Part shown: piece after piece, positions 1 through 10,475 of the stretch
Layout: every line of letters starts with the position of its first letter
Position numbering within the stretch: the stretch's first letter is position 1
Origin: an uncultured Gemmatimonadales bacterium
GTDB taxonomy: Bacteria > Gemmatimonadota > Gemmatimonadetes > Gemmatimonadales > Gemmatimonadaceae
NCBI GenBank assembly: GCA_963707505.1
Contig: CAVPQB010000004.1
Span: forward strand, 864,001-928,000
Reading direction: 5' to 3'
Length of the DNA stretch: 64,000 bases
The notes under the pieces: model-generated
The model's database searches: none
What the model was told of the DNA's origin: nothing
Seen by the model: only the letters and a program-made list of their open reading frames with translations
Program-made: the position numbers and the translations under genes

Positions 1-735
1 GGACGGAGCTTGCGCAATGCCTCCGCGCTGACGTCGGGTCGCGGATGCTCGTCGCGATCGACGACGACGGGCTGCGCTCCGTGGCGCGGCGCCGTGACCG
101 GAACCAGCTCGGCGTCGAACCGTCCGTGCGCGATGGCATCCGCGGTACGTCTCTGGCTCTCCAGCGCGAATGCATCCTGGTCATCGCGCGAGATCTGATA
201 CCGCTCCGCGACGACTTCGGCGGTCTGGCCCATCGATATCGTCCACTCGTGGGGAAGTGCTGCATTGGTGAAGCGCCAGCCGATAGTGCTATCCGCCGTT
301 TCGGGAACGGAGCGGGCGAACGGCTCATCCGGCCGAAGTGTGACCCACGGCGCTCGTGTCATGCTCTCCACCCCGCCGGCGATGAAGCAGTCGCCCTCAT
401 CCGAACGTATTGCGTGCGCGGCGCTGACGATCGCCTGGAGGCCGGAGCCGCAGAGTCGATTCACCGTCTGGCCCGGGACCTCGACTGGAAGTCCCGCAAT
501 CAGCGCAGCGAGACGGCCGATATTGCGACTGTCTTCACCAGCCTGATTGGTGCACCCGAAGATCACGTCGTCGATGGATGACGCGATCCAGGTTGGTGCG
601 CTCCACCAGCGCGCGGATCACCGTAGCGGCCAGGTCGTCCGGGCGAACGGTCGCAAGCGCGCCACGGTGTCTCCCGATGGGAGTGCGAACGGCGTCCACG
701 ATCACCGCGTCGCGCCCATCTCCTGTGGTGCTCAT
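1..735 (-). CDS. Acetyl-CoA C-acyltransferase (thiolase, PcaF/PaaJ-like); frameshift near 580; runs off the window
   Basis: N-terminus [18 protein letters not shown]; after the shift it reads [20 protein letters not shown]...TVNRLCGSG (catalytic Cys) and AGGVESM. Confidence 0.9.
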
Positions 736-1136
736 TCGGGCACAACCGCAGTAGCTTCGATTTCGACGAGTGCATCGGCTTCGACGAGGCCACAGACAAT
801 TATGACGGACATGGCGGGGAAGTACCGCCCGATTATCTCGCGATACGCATCACCGATGGCGACGCGTGCATCGACATATTCCTGGCGATCGGTGACGAAC
901 CAGGTCATGCGAACGAGGTGTTCAGGTCGCGCGTCGGCGCGTGCCAGTACGGCGACGATGTTTCGGAGTGCCTGTGCCGTCTGCGTTGCGAAATCGGAAC
1001 TCTCGAACACGCCGGTCGCCGGATTCCAGCCGATCTGGCCCGCTATCGAAATGACACGACCACGCGCGCTGATGCCATTTGCATATCCCCGCGGCGCAAG
1101 CCAACCGTCGGGCTGAATCACATTGGTATCGCTCAT
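732..1136 (-). CDS. RidA/YjgF family protein
   Basis: IAGQIG, FPAMS and VEIEATAV motifs; overlaps neighbouring genes in the operon. Confidence 0.9.
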   Translation of the reverse strand: MSDTNVIQPDGWLAPRGYANGISARGRVISIAGQIGWNPATGVFESSDFATQTAQALRNIVAVLARADARPEHLVRMTWFVTDRQEYVDARVAIGDAYREIIGRYFPAMSVIIVCGLVEADALVEIEATAVVPE

Positions 1137-2773
1137 TTTGTTGTTTCCCTCAAACGAAACCGTTGCAGCTTTCCCGTATCGGTGCGGGGGAGGGTATCGA
1201 CGAACTCGATCGCGCGTGGATATTTGTACGGCGCGATCTCGCCCTTGACGTAGTCCTGGAGGGCCTTGATCGCAGGTGGGTTGTCGCGCGCGTGCGGGTG
1301 CAGTACGACGAATGCCTTGACGATGCTGCCGCGCTCGGCGTCAGGAAGCCCAATGACGGCGCACTCGTGTACGTCGGGGTGCGTCAGCAGTGCATTCTCC
1401 ACTTCTGGCGCCGCAATGTTATAGCCGGACGAGACGATCATGTCGTCGCTGCGCGCCTGATACCAGAAATAGCCTTCCTCGTCCATGCGGTAGGAATCGC
1501 CGGTAAGGTTCCAGCCGTCGCGCACGTAAGCCCGCTGGCGTTCCGTGTCGTCGAGATATCGACAGCCCGTCGGGCCACGAACCTCGAGAAGGCCGATCTG
1601 GCCCGTTGGAACCGGTGTACCGGATTCATCGACGATGCGCGCCTCATAACCTGGTATCGCGCGCCCTGTGGAGCCTGCGCGGATGTCATCTCCGCAAGCG
1701 CTGATGAAGATGTGCAGCATCTCCGTCGCGCCGATCCCGTCGATGATCCGGACTCCAGTCGCAGCTTCCCACGCGTCGAAAGTTGCCGCGGGCAGGGTTT
1801 CGCCCGCAGACACGCATTTGCGAAGGCTCGATACGTCGAAGTCGTGCAACATTCCGAGCATCGCGCGGTACGCGGTGGGCGCGGTGAAGCAAACTGTCGG
1901 GCGGTGCTCCTGAATCGCCCGGATGAGATTGGGCGGGGATGCCTGCTCCAGCATCAACGTCGATGCTCCGAACCGCATTGGGAAGAGAAGCAGTCCGCCC
2001 AGCGCATACGTGAACGCCAGCGGCGGAGAGCCGCAGAACACGTCGGAGGCATCCGGTTTGAGAATGTGGCGCGCGAAGCAATCGGTAATCGCAAGCACGT
2101 CACGATGCGTGTGCATCGTTCCCTTGGCGCGGCCCGTCGTTCCCGACGTGAATGCGATGAGTGCGACGTCTTCAGCGCTCGTATCGCAATTATCGAAGGT
2201 CGTCGGTTTCGACCGCATCAACGATTCGAGGCAGTTGCGATTGTCGCTGTTGAAGTGAACCACCCGCGCACCTTTACGAGCGTCGCCAAACGCATCGGTG
2301 AGCATCGCACGCTCACAGTCATCCGCGACCCTTGCGTCGGTGAGTGCAAGCGAGATGCGCGCTCTGTCGGCCGTGTATGCGATCTCACGCGGGCGCAGCA
2401 GCGGCATGGTCGAGACGACCACGCCTCCCGCCTTGAGCACCGCGAACCAGCAGGCCGCCAGCATCGGTGTATTCGGAGCGCGAAGCAGGACTCGGTTCCC
2501 CGGGACGACGCCGAGATCCTCGACCAGCACGTGCGCGATCTGATTGGCAATCTCGAAAAGGTCGCGGTACGTCCAGCGCGAGCCTTCGTACAGAAATACG
2601 GTCGCGTCTCCGCGACCCGATTTGATCGCACTGTCCAGTAGATCCGCGGCACAATTCAGTCGCGCGGGATACGCGAGATCGGGAAGCGAGCCGTAGTCCA
2701 TGTCCGGCCACAGCTCGCGTGGTGGAAGATTGTCGGCGCAGAACGTGTCGACATGTCCGCTGCGCTCACTCAT
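1133..2773 (-). CDS. abmG: 2-aminobenzoate/benzoate-CoA ligase family AMP-binding enzyme
   Basis: [32 protein letters not shown]-terminal SGHVDTF..DNLPP typical of this subfamily; abmA in the same operon. Confidence 0.85.
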   Translation of the reverse strand: MSERSGHVDTFCADNLPPRELWPDMDYGSLPDLAYPARLNCAADLLDSAIKSGRGDATVFLYEGSRWTYRDLFEIANQIAHVLVEDLGVVPGNRVLLRAPNTPMLAACWFAVLKAGGVVVSTMPLLRPREIAYTADRARISLALTDARVADDCERAMLTDAFGDARKGARVVHFNSDNRNCLESLMRSKPTTFDNCDTSAEDVALIAFTSGTTGRAKGTMHTHRDVLAITDCFARHILKPDASDVFCGSPPLAFTYALGGLLLFPMRFGASTLMLEQASPPNLIRAIQEHRPTVCFTAPTAYRAMLGMLHDFDVSSLRKCVSAGETLPAATFDAWEAATGVRIIDGIGATEMLHIFISACGDDIRAGSTGRAIPGYEARIVDESGTPVPTGQIGLLEVRGPTGCRYLDDTERQRAYVRDGWNLTGDSYRMDEEGYFWYQARSDDMIVSSGYNIAAPEVENALLTHPDVHECAVIGLPDAERGSIVKAFVVLHPHARDNPPAIKALQDYVKGEIAPYKYPRAIEFVDTLPRTDTGKLQRFRLRETTK

Positions 2774-3981
2774 GTCTCCCCCTGCGTCGATGTGGCCCTG
2801 GAAGTCGCGGAGTACGGCGCGAGTAGCTGGCTTGCGATCACGAGCTGCTGAATCTCGCTCGTGCCCTCATATATCCGGAGCGCGCGTACTTCGCGATACA
2901 GCCGTTCGACCGTCGCGCCCGCAACAACGCCGCGGCCGCCGAGCAACTGGACAGCGCTGTCCACAGTGCGTTGTGCGGCCTCTGTCGCGAACCACTTGGC
3001 CATCGCCGCTTCCCGTGTCACGCGTTGCGTGCGGCAGTCGTGCGCCCAGGCCGCCCGATAGACCAGAAGTGCGCTCGCATCGATGTCTGTCGCCATTGTG
3101 GCGATCCTCGCCTGCGTCAGTTGCATGTCTGCGAGGCGGGCGCCGAACACCTTGCGATCAGTCACATGGCTCAGAGCTTCGTCCAGTGCTCGTCGCGCGA
3201 AGCCTAGCGCCGCGGCGCCAACGGTCGCACGAAATACGTCGAGCGTTCCAAGTGCGACACTCATGCCCTTGCCTGGAACGCCGACCACAGCGGTCGCCGG
3301 AACTCTGCAACCGGTGAACGATATTGTGCCGATCGAATGCGGAGCTGTGATGTCAGCGCGTGCGGTGACGGTCAGACCGGCTGTCGATGCGTCGACGGCA
3401 AGGGCGACATGTCTGCCGTTCTCCGGCTCCTGAAGGCGACAGAATACGATGTAAAAGTCTGCGATCCCGGCGTTGGAGATCCAGCTCTTCTCGCCATCGA
3501 TAACATACGAGTCCCCTTCGCGCCGTGCCGACGTGCGCATCGAGCCCACGTCCGAGCCGGCATCGGCTTCTGATATCGCGAATGCGGCGATCGCCTCACC
3601 AGCCGCGATGCGGGGCAGGTAGCGTCGTTTGAGCGCGTCCGATCCGAATAGCGTGATCGGTCCGGCGCCCAACCCCTGCAGCGCGAAGACGAAGTCGGCT
3701 ATCCCCGAATATGAGGCGAGGGTCTCGCGGATTATACAGAGACTTCGGACGTCGAGCGTTGCCGAAACGCCGCCGTACGGGGAAGTGACCGCGCGGCGCA
3801 ACCATCCCGCGCTCCCGAGCTCGCGTACGAGAGTGATGCAAACGCGATCGAGCTCGGCGCCGCGCGGCTCATCCTTCTCCATCGGCGCGATCTCGCGCTC
3901 CGCCCATACTCTGGCCTCGGCGGCGAGCGTGCGATGGTGTTCCTCGAAGAATGGCCAGTCCAGATATGACGTGTCTGTCAT
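2770..3981 (-). CDS. Acyl-CoA dehydrogenase
   Basis: [33 protein letters not shown] at 3981 overlaps the upstream stop. Confidence 0.92.
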   Translation of the reverse strand: MTDTSYLDWPFFEEHHRTLAAEARVWAEREIAPMEKDEPRGAELDRVCITLVRELGSAGWLRRAVTSPYGGVSATLDVRSLCIIRETLASYSGIADFVFALQGLGAGPITLFGSDALKRRYLPRIAAGEAIAAFAISEADAGSDVGSMRTSARREGDSYVIDGEKSWISNAGIADFYIVFCRLQEPENGRHVALAVDASTAGLTVTARADITAPHSIGTISFTGCRVPATAVVGVPGKGMSVALGTLDVFRATVGAAALGFARRALDEALSHVTDRKVFGARLADMQLTQARIATMATDIDASALLVYRAAWAHDCRTQRVTREAAMAKWFATEAAQRTVDSAVQLLGGRGVVAGATVERLYREVRALRIYEGTSEIQQLVIASQLLAPYSATSRATSTQGET

Positions 3982-4814
3982 CAATCGCCCTCGAATACCG
4001 GAGTCTGCTTCGCGGCGAACGCACGATACGCGCGTGCAAAGTCCTCGCTTTGCATGCACAGTGCCTGTGCTTCCGCTTCGAGCGTGAGTGCGTCATCGAT
4101 TGCCATCGCCCACTCGTGATGCAGGCACCGCTTGGTCAGTGCGTGCGCAAAGGTCGGCCCGTGCGCGAGTGAGCGCGCCATCGCCTGAGCTTCCAGCAGT
4201 ACAGCATCGGCTTCGATCACACGATTGTAGAAACCCCATCGCTCGGCTTCATCGGCGCTCATGAATCGTCCGGTATACAGCAGTTCCGTAGCGCGGCCGT
4301 GACCGATGATGCGCGGAAGTATCGCACATGCGCCCATGTCCGCACCGCTCAACCCGACGCGCACGAACAGAAAGGCGACTCTGCTTTCCGGCGTCCCGTA
4401 CCGCAGATCGCTCGCCATCGCGAGAATTGCACCGGCACCGGCGCACACGCCATCGATGGCTGCAACAACAGGTTGTGGACAGTCGCGCATCGCGCTGACG
4501 AGTGAGCCCGTCATGCGGGTGAAGCTGAGAAGTCCATCGAGATCGCCGTCTTCACGCAGTTCCACGAGCGGTCCAATGATTTCATGGACGTCGCCGCCAG
4601 ACGAGAAGTTGCCCCCCGCCCCCGTCAACACCACGGCCTTCACGTCGTCCATCTTCTGCAGTGCGCGAAAGGTCGCGATCAGCTCGCGATATGATTCGAA
4701 CGTGAGCGGATTCTTCCGCTCCGGCCGGTCGAGCGTGATGGTCGCCACGCGATCCTCGACGCTCCATCCAAAATGCCGCGCCTTGAACTCGGCGCCATGC
4801 ATGTCGTCGGTCAT
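3981..4814 (-). CDS. Enoyl-CoA hydratase/isomerase
   Basis: [29 protein letters not shown] crotonase motifs. Confidence 0.92.
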   Translation of the reverse strand: MTDDMHGAEFKARHFGWSVEDRVATITLDRPERKNPLTFESYRELIATFRALQKMDDVKAVVLTGAGGNFSSGGDVHEIIGPLVELREDGDLDGLLSFTRMTGSLVSAMRDCPQPVVAAIDGVCAGAGAILAMASDLRYGTPESRVAFLFVRVGLSGADMGACAILPRIIGHGRATELLYTGRFMSADEAERWGFYNRVIEADAVLLEAQAMARSLAHGPTFAHALTKRCLHHEWAMAIDDALTLEAEAQALCMQSEDFARAYRAFAAKQTPVFEGD

Positions 4815-5326
4815 TGCGCCTGTCCCGCCGCGGTCTGTGCAGACCGCTTGAGTTTGCCAAGCAGCGTATACAACTGCCGCCGCTCGGCGTCGGTCAGTCC
4901 GGCGAACATTTCACCGACCCACATGGCGTGATCCGGCGTCATCGCGCCGAGTGCTTCCTTGCCCGCGGCCGTGAGTGAGATCATCTGCGTGCGCCGGTCC
5001 GGCGGCGAGACTGCGCGCGCGACCAATCCTTCGCGTGCCAGGCGATCGACAAGGCCCGTGAGATTGCCATTCGTGACCATCAAGCGGCGCGACAGCTCGC
5101 TCATCGTGAGACCGCGTGGCGCTTCGGCGGAGGCGGCGTCCAGTTGCGCAAGTAGATCGAAGCGCGGGAGTGTGGTGTCAAATTTCTCGCGCAGCTCACC
5201 ACGAATGTGTCCCTCGATGATGTTGCTGCACGCCAGCAGGCGAAGCCACGTGCGAAGGATCGCACGAGTTGCAGAGCCGCGCTGCGCTTCAGCGTGCGAT
5301 GGTTCGGCGCGAAGTGACGCAGTCAC
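4811..5326 (-). CDS. MarR family transcriptional regulator
   Basis: [44 protein letters not shown] start overlaps the upstream stop. Confidence 0.9.
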   Translation of the reverse strand: MTASLRAEPSHAEAQRGSATRAILRTWLRLLACSNIIEGHIRGELREKFDTTLPRFDLLAQLDAASAEAPRGLTMSELSRRLMVTNGNLTGLVDRLAREGLVARAVSPPDRRTQMISLTAAGKEALGAMTPDHAMWVGEMFAGLTDAERRQLYTLLGKLKRSAQTAAGQAQ

Positions 5327-6129
5327 ATTACCTCCCCGCCGGCGACAGCTATCGCCTGACCCGTGATCGCGGATGCGTCCGGCGAACAGAGCCACGCGAC
5401 AGTAGCGGCAACTTCATTCTGAGTCGTAAGGCGTTTCTGCGGATTGCGGCGGGTGAGCATCGCGAGAGCTTCATCGGCACTCACGCCGCGCAGCGCCATT
5501 ATTGCGCCGACAGCCTGATCGGACATTCCGCCCTCCGTGTATCCGGGGCACACCGCATTGACGGTGATGCCGGACTGTGCCACCTCGGCAGCAAGTGAGC
5601 GCGTCATTCCGAGCAAGCCGTGCTTCGATGCGCAGTATGCGGCAAGCGTTGCGTAGCCGCGGAGCGCCGCCGTGGAAGCGATGTTGACGATTCGTCCGGC
5701 CTGGTTGTGTAGCATTGATGGGAGCACCTGCTGCGCGCACATGAACGGGCCGGTGAGATTCACGGCGATGGTGTGCTCCCAGAGGTCAAGCGACGTCTCC
5801 GTGAACGATGCGCTTCGCGCCTGGCCGGCATTGTTCACGAGTATGTGCGCGGCGCCGAGCGTGTCCGTCGCCGACGAGAAGGCCACCGAGACTGAATCGG
5901 GGTCGCTCACGTCGCAAACGATTCCGCGCGCTTCGATCCCATATTGGTTGCGCAGCTCCGCGGCGCACTCGTCGAGATCCGCGTGGTCGCGACCCATGAC
6001 CGTCAGGTCAGCTCCGGCTCGTGCGAGATGCGTCGCGATGGTTCTGCCCAGTCCGCGCCCGCCACCAGTAACGACTGCGTGCCTGCCGCGCAGAAAGTCG
6101 ACAGTGGAATCGTCGTTGCGTTCGGTCAT
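5323..6129 (-). CDS. SDR family oxidoreductase
   Basis: TGGGRGLG, NNAG, YCASK motifs. Confidence 0.92.
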   Translation of the reverse strand: MTERNDDSTVDFLRGRHAVVTGGGRGLGRTIATHLARAGADLTVMGRDHADLDECAAELRNQYGIEARGIVCDVSDPDSVSVAFSSATDTLGAAHILVNNAGQARSASFTETSLDLWEHTIAVNLTGPFMCAQQVLPSMLHNQAGRIVNIASTAALRGYATLAAYCASKHGLLGMTRSLAAEVAQSGITVNAVCPGYTEGGMSDQAVGAIMALRGVSADEALAMLTRRNPQKRLTTQNEVAATVAWLCSPDASAITGQAIAVAGGEVM

Positions 6130-8439
6130 CCTACGCTCCGTTGTTTTTCCAGTTCACGCTCGAGCTGACGGCGTCCGGGATAGTACGACGGCGTCCAGCT
6201 CTGACGCGCATATCCAAGCTCCGCTGCGGCACGGAGGGTCCAGTTCGGATCGGTGAGATGCGGGCGACCGAGTGCGCATATGTCCGCTCGGCCCGATGTA
6301 ATGATCGCGTTGACCTGATCTGCGTTGAGAATGTTGCCGACGGCAATGGTCCGTACTCCCGCTTCGTTACGGATGCGGTCGCTGTACGGAGTCTGGTACA
6401 TGCGCCCATAGACAGGTTGCGCGTCGATCGACGTCTCTCCGGTCGATACGTGGATAATGTCCGCACCTGCGCCGACGAATGCGCGAGCGATCTCCACCGA
6501 CTCCCGGCCGTCCACTCCGCCTTCAACCCAGTCGGTCGCCGAGATCCGGACCGACATCGGGCGATCGGCGGGCCACGCCTCGCGCATCGCGGCGAACACT
6601 TCGAGAGGAAAGCGCATCCGGTTCTCCAGCGACCCGCCATAACAGTCGCCGCGATGGTTGCTGAGCGGCGTGATGAAGCTCGACAGCAGGTATCCGTGCG
6701 CGCAGTGCAGCTCGATCATGTCGAAGCCCGCATCGATGCCGTAGCGCACGGCGCGAACGAAGTCGTCGCGTACTTCATCCATGTCGGCGCGAGTCATCTC
6801 GCGCGGCGTGTGCATGGTCGGCGTATACGGAATCGGCGATGGTGCGATCGTTTCCCATCCATCGTCGTCCAGCGAAGCGTTGCTCGCTTCCCACGGAAGT
6901 TTCGTCGATCCTCGGCGACCCGAGTGGCCGAGCTGGAGACAGATCTTCGCGTCGCTCTCCGGTGCACGAAATCGACGATGCGCCTCCACGCCGATGCGTG
7001 CTCGTCGTGTACATGCCAGCGCAGCCGAGCGTGATGCGTCGCTTCGGGCGAGACGCACACCATCTCGGTGAAGATCAGACCCGCGCCGCCCAGTGCGCGT
7101 GCGCCGAGGTGCACGAGTGGAATTCGTTCGGCGTGCCGTCGACGGAGCGGTACATGTCCATCGGCGCGACAACGATGCGGTTGACCAGCGTCATGCCGCG
7201 CAACGCGAACGGCGTGAACATCGGCGGCGCGACGTCGGTATCCGTTGTCGCTGGCCGCGACGCGGCGCAGTCGCTCTCGCGGCGAACCATCGCTCCACAC
7301 CGGCGAGGTATGCCGCGTCGCGAACGCGAAGGTTTTCGTGACTCACGCGCTGGCTGCGCGTGAGCAGGCTGTACGCGAACTGTTCGGGCGGAAGATGGAT
7401 GTAGCGTTGCACGTTCTCGAACCATTCCATCGAGTTGCGCGATGCGTTCTGCAGACGAAGCGATTCTATCATGCGCTCGTCCTGATATGTCTGGAGCGCG
7501 GTCGGAAGCGACGAGCGACTCGAGGATCGCGCGTGCGAGCGATATCGCGTCTTCCATCGCCAGCTTGGTGCCCGAGCCGATCGAGAAGTGCGCCGTGTGC
7601 GCGGCGTCGCCGACGAGGACGACGTTGTCGTCGAACCAGCGCTCGTTGCGTGACGCGCACGAAGCTGGTCCACGGTGAGCGCGCGCGATGCGTCGCGTTG
7701 CTCATGAGATGGTGACCGTCCAGCCACTGGCCGAACATCCGCTCGCAGATCGCGATCGTTTCGGCGGCGTCGGCGGTGTCGAACCCGGCGCGTCGCCACG
7801 AGTCTTCGTCGCATTCGACGATGAAGGTCGAAAGTCCGTCTTCGAATCGATAGCAGTGCGCCTGGAACACGCCGAGTTCGTTCTCGACGAAGAAGAATGT
7901 GAACGCGTCGAACGGACGCGTGGTGCCGAACCAGACGAAGTGTGCCGGGCGCACATCGAGATGCGGCTTGAAGACCGTCTGCGCGTTCGCTGGCGGATCG
8001 CGCTGTTGACGCCGTCGGCCGCGACGATGAGGTCGGCGTCGCGGCAGCCCTCGAACGAGTCGAGAGCGCCGATACTTGCGACATTGCAATTGAAGCGAAC
8101 GTCGACGCCGAGCGACACGGCTCGCCGATACAGAATGTCGAGGAGAGTGCGGCGCGCGATTCCGCTGAAGCCGTGTCCGCCCGAGGTGATGGTAGTGTCG
8201 CCGATGACGACGTCGATGTCGTCCCAGTGCGCGAAGTGCTCGACGATCCTGGCTGTACGTTTCCTCGTCGGCGTCGCGGAAGTTTTCGAGCGTCTGGTCG
8301 GAGAAGACGACGCCCCATCCGAAGGTGTCGCCGGGCGCGTTGCGTTCGAGTACCGTGACGTCGTGCTCGGGCGCGCCTTCTTGAGGAGGAGGGCGAAGTA
8401 GAGACCGGCGGGACCACCACCGATGATGACGACGCGCAC
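6126..8439 (-). CDS. abmA: Bifunctional 2-aminobenzoyl-CoA (salicylyl-CoA) monooxygenase/reductase; many indels between about 6960 and 8360
   Basis: N-terminal [10 protein letters not shown] and [22 protein letters not shown] spread across frames; [16 protein letters not shown]-terminal OYE domain [25 protein letters not shown]. Confidence 0.88.
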
Positions 8440-8498
8440 TTATAGGCTCATGGAAGGCCGGGTGGCAGAGCGGGTACAGCGGGCACAGCTGGTGCGGA

Positions 8499-8520
8499 GA
8501 TATTATAAGCCTAAAACATC
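8499..8520. promoter_or_regulatory. Imperfect palindrome overlapping a minus-strand TATAAT upstream of abmA; probable MarR operator
   Basis: GATATTATAAGCCTAAAACATC matches its reverse complement at 16/22 positions; AT-rich patch in GC-rich DNA. Confidence 0.5.
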
Positions 8521-8609
8521 GACTTGGTACGGGTTGATTTCCTGGCCGGTAACTGGCGATATTGCAAGGCTCCGGGCGAACCGGGGAAAGAGGTCGAAAC
8601 AGATGTCGC

Positions 8610-8682
8610 GGCGCTATCGTCTAGGGGACCAGGACGGGGCCCTCTCAAGGCCCAAACACGGGTTCGAATCCCGTTAGCGCTA
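8610..8682 (+). tRNA. tRNA-Glu(CTC)
   Basis: Cloverleaf: acceptor GGCGCTA/TAGCGCT, anticodon arm GGGCC-CTCTCAA-GGCCC, T-loop TTCGAAT. Confidence 0.95.
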
Positions 8683-8705
8683 TTTTGCCATGGACGGACC
8701 GTCGC

Positions 8706-8777
8706 GGCCCCATCGTCTATCGGTTAGGACGGCACCCTTTCACGGTGCAGAGAGGGGTTCGATTCCCCTTGGGGCTA
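8706..8777 (+). tRNA. tRNA-Glu(TTC)
   Basis: Acceptor GGCCCCA/TGGGGCT, anticodon arm GCACC-CTTTCAC-GGTGC, T-loop TTCGATT. Confidence 0.95.
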
Positions 8778-8859
8778 TAGGGTTGGACGCAGTTTGGTTA
8801 GGTTGTTGGGCCCGCGCGGTTGGCGGGGTGGGGCGCGGCAGTGTCCGCGCATTGTGTTT

Positions 8860-8934
8860 GGGGCCGTAGCTCAGTTTGGTTAGAGCACTCGACTGTCACT
8901 CGAGAGGTCGCGGGTTCGACCCCCGTCGGCCCCG
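8860..8934 (+). tRNA. tRNA-Asp(GTC)
   Basis: Acceptor GGGGCCG/CGGCCCC, anticodon arm CTCGA-CTGTCAC-TCGAG. Confidence 0.95.
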
Positions 8935-9016
8935 TATTTCATAGATCGACATTGTCGCAGTTTGGGCCGGTGTGACAGCCGGATATATTGATGCTGAATG
9001 TGCAGTTTGCATGGCC

Positions 9017-9098
<82 letters not shown>

Positions 9099-9176
9099 TG
9101 AAGGATTGGAGCAGGGCAGTTTTGAGGGCGGTATTGGTGGATCGGACGGCGCACTTGGGATCGTGTGCGCGATCAT

Positions 9177-9248
9177 GCCACAGTAGCTCAGTGGTAGAGC
9201 ACTCGATTCGTAATCGAGCGGTCATCGGTTCAATCCCGATCTGTGGCT
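9177..9248 (+). tRNA. tRNA-Thr(CGT)
   Basis: Acceptor GCCACAG/CTGTGGC, anticodon arm CTCGA-TTCGTAA-TCGAG. Confidence 0.95.
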
Positions 9249-9264
9249 CTTTTGAATGAGCATT

Positions 9265-9337
9265 GCGGGTGTAGCTCAGTTGGTAGAGCGCCAGCTTCCC
9301 AAGCTGGATGTCGTGGGTTCGAACCCCATCACCCGCT
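9265..9337 (+). tRNA. tRNA-Gly(CCC)
   Basis: Acceptor GCGGGTG/CACCCGC, anticodon arm CCAGC-TTCCCAA-GCTGG. Confidence 0.95.
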
Positions 9338-9368
9338 CTTGTGTAAACTGCTCCACGGCCGTGGATTC

Positions 9369-9404
9369 AAACGCCCGGGATTCCTAACCGAATCCCGGGC
9401 GTTT
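9369..9404. terminator. Likely bidirectional intrinsic terminator
   Basis: Perfect 15-bp stem AAACGCCCGGGATTC / GAATCCCGGGCGTTT with 6-nt loop, between the tRNA cluster and a convergent gene. Confidence 0.75.
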
Positions 9405-9479
9405 GTCGTAAATGCCAGAAGCTGCGGGGGCGCACCTCCGCCGTGGCGCAGCTCGTGATCTCGCCCTCCTCCGCGCGCC

Positions 9480-10169
9480 TTACATGGCCGCCCTGCGCCA
9501 ACGTCGACCCAGTCCGAACACTCCAACCAGTCCCGAACCAACAAGCCACAGCGCGCCTGGCTCCGGGGTCGTGGTTGCCGTGACGGCTGACCCGACATAA
9601 TCCAGTGCCATGTTCGCCGTCGAGACCGAGACGCCGTAATCGGGCACCCCGCTCGGGCCCATGATGCCGTTGCTCCAGATGTTGACCACCTGGCCATTTC
9701 CGACATTGAACAGCAACCCGTAGATGTCCAGGAACCCGCCGTGGGGCGGATAACCGCTGGCCGTCTGCGGCGATCCGCCAGGCCAGAACAGGTTGTCGTA
9801 GGTCGCGAACCCGTTGTTTTGCGGCGGCAGGCCGGATGCCACTGCGAAGCGGCTGAAATCGTTCGGCGCGAGCAGGTTCGTCGGCTCGGGCGTGGAGTGA
9901 GTGATCGCCACGAGCGATCCGACCGACGCGTTGTTGATATTGAGGCCATTGTTCGTATCGGAGAAGCTGCCGCTTATTCCGGTGACCTCGAATGCGCTCG
10001 GATACTTGGCATCCGTGGCCGCGCCGTACGTCAGCATCAGCGTTCCCGAGACGCCCGTGCCACTGAAGTAGAAACTGTAGCTTTGCGCGCGCGCGCTCCC
10101 AGGTACTGCGATCCCAACCGCCAACATCGTCACCGCCGCCGTGAGCAGGCGTGACCTTGTCCGTGTCAT
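9480..10169 (-). CDS. PEP-CTERM sorting domain secreted protein
   Basis: AGGAG RBS, signal peptide ending ARA-Q, C-terminal TTPEPGALWLVGSGLVGVFGLGRRWRR. Confidence 0.88.
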   Translation of the reverse strand: MTRTRSRLLTAAVTMLAVGIAVPGSARAQSYSFYFSGTGVSGTLMLTYGAATDAKYPSAFEVTGISGSFSDTNNGLNINNASVGSLVAITHSTPEPTNLLAPNDFSRFAVASGLPPQNNGFATYDNLFWPGGSPQTASGYPPHGGFLDIYGLLFNVGNGQVVNIWSNGIMGPSGVPDYGVSVSTANMALDYVGSAVTATTTPEPGALWLVGSGLVGVFGLGRRWRRAAM

Positions 10170-10229
10170 GATTCGCTCCTGTGCTTCGGATAAGAGGGTG
10201 ATCTCCGTTGCCAACGGATGCGGAGGCGC

Positions 10230-10245
10230 TGCACAAGACATTCCA
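10230..10245 (-). promoter_or_regulatory. Candidate sigma54 (-24/-12) promoter for the PEP-CTERM gene
   Basis: Minus strand TGGAATG-TCTT-GTGCA keeps the GG-N10-GC spacing, about 60 bp upstream of the ATG. Confidence 0.4.
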
Positions 10246-10475
10246 ACAGCACCGGTTCCGCTGTAATGACCCGCACTGTTCCTGTCGCCGTGGCGCGTCT
10301 GTTGAGGCGCGTCTGTCTTGTTGTGCCAACCTGCCAGGCAAGCGTCAGCCGCAGCAGCCGCTCTATTGCGGCGGTGGTTCCGGCAGCCCATAATTGTGCG
10401 GTCACGGGACAGACCAACTTCCCGCCCACACAGGCCGAGTCGCGACCTCTTCACTCATGATGAGCGAGGTGCAGC

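Noticed and set aside
1079..2641. Long antisense ORFs (for example 520 aa here, also 14217-15458 and 20545-21777)
   Set aside because: Shadow frames of real high-GC genes, with no recognisable motifs.
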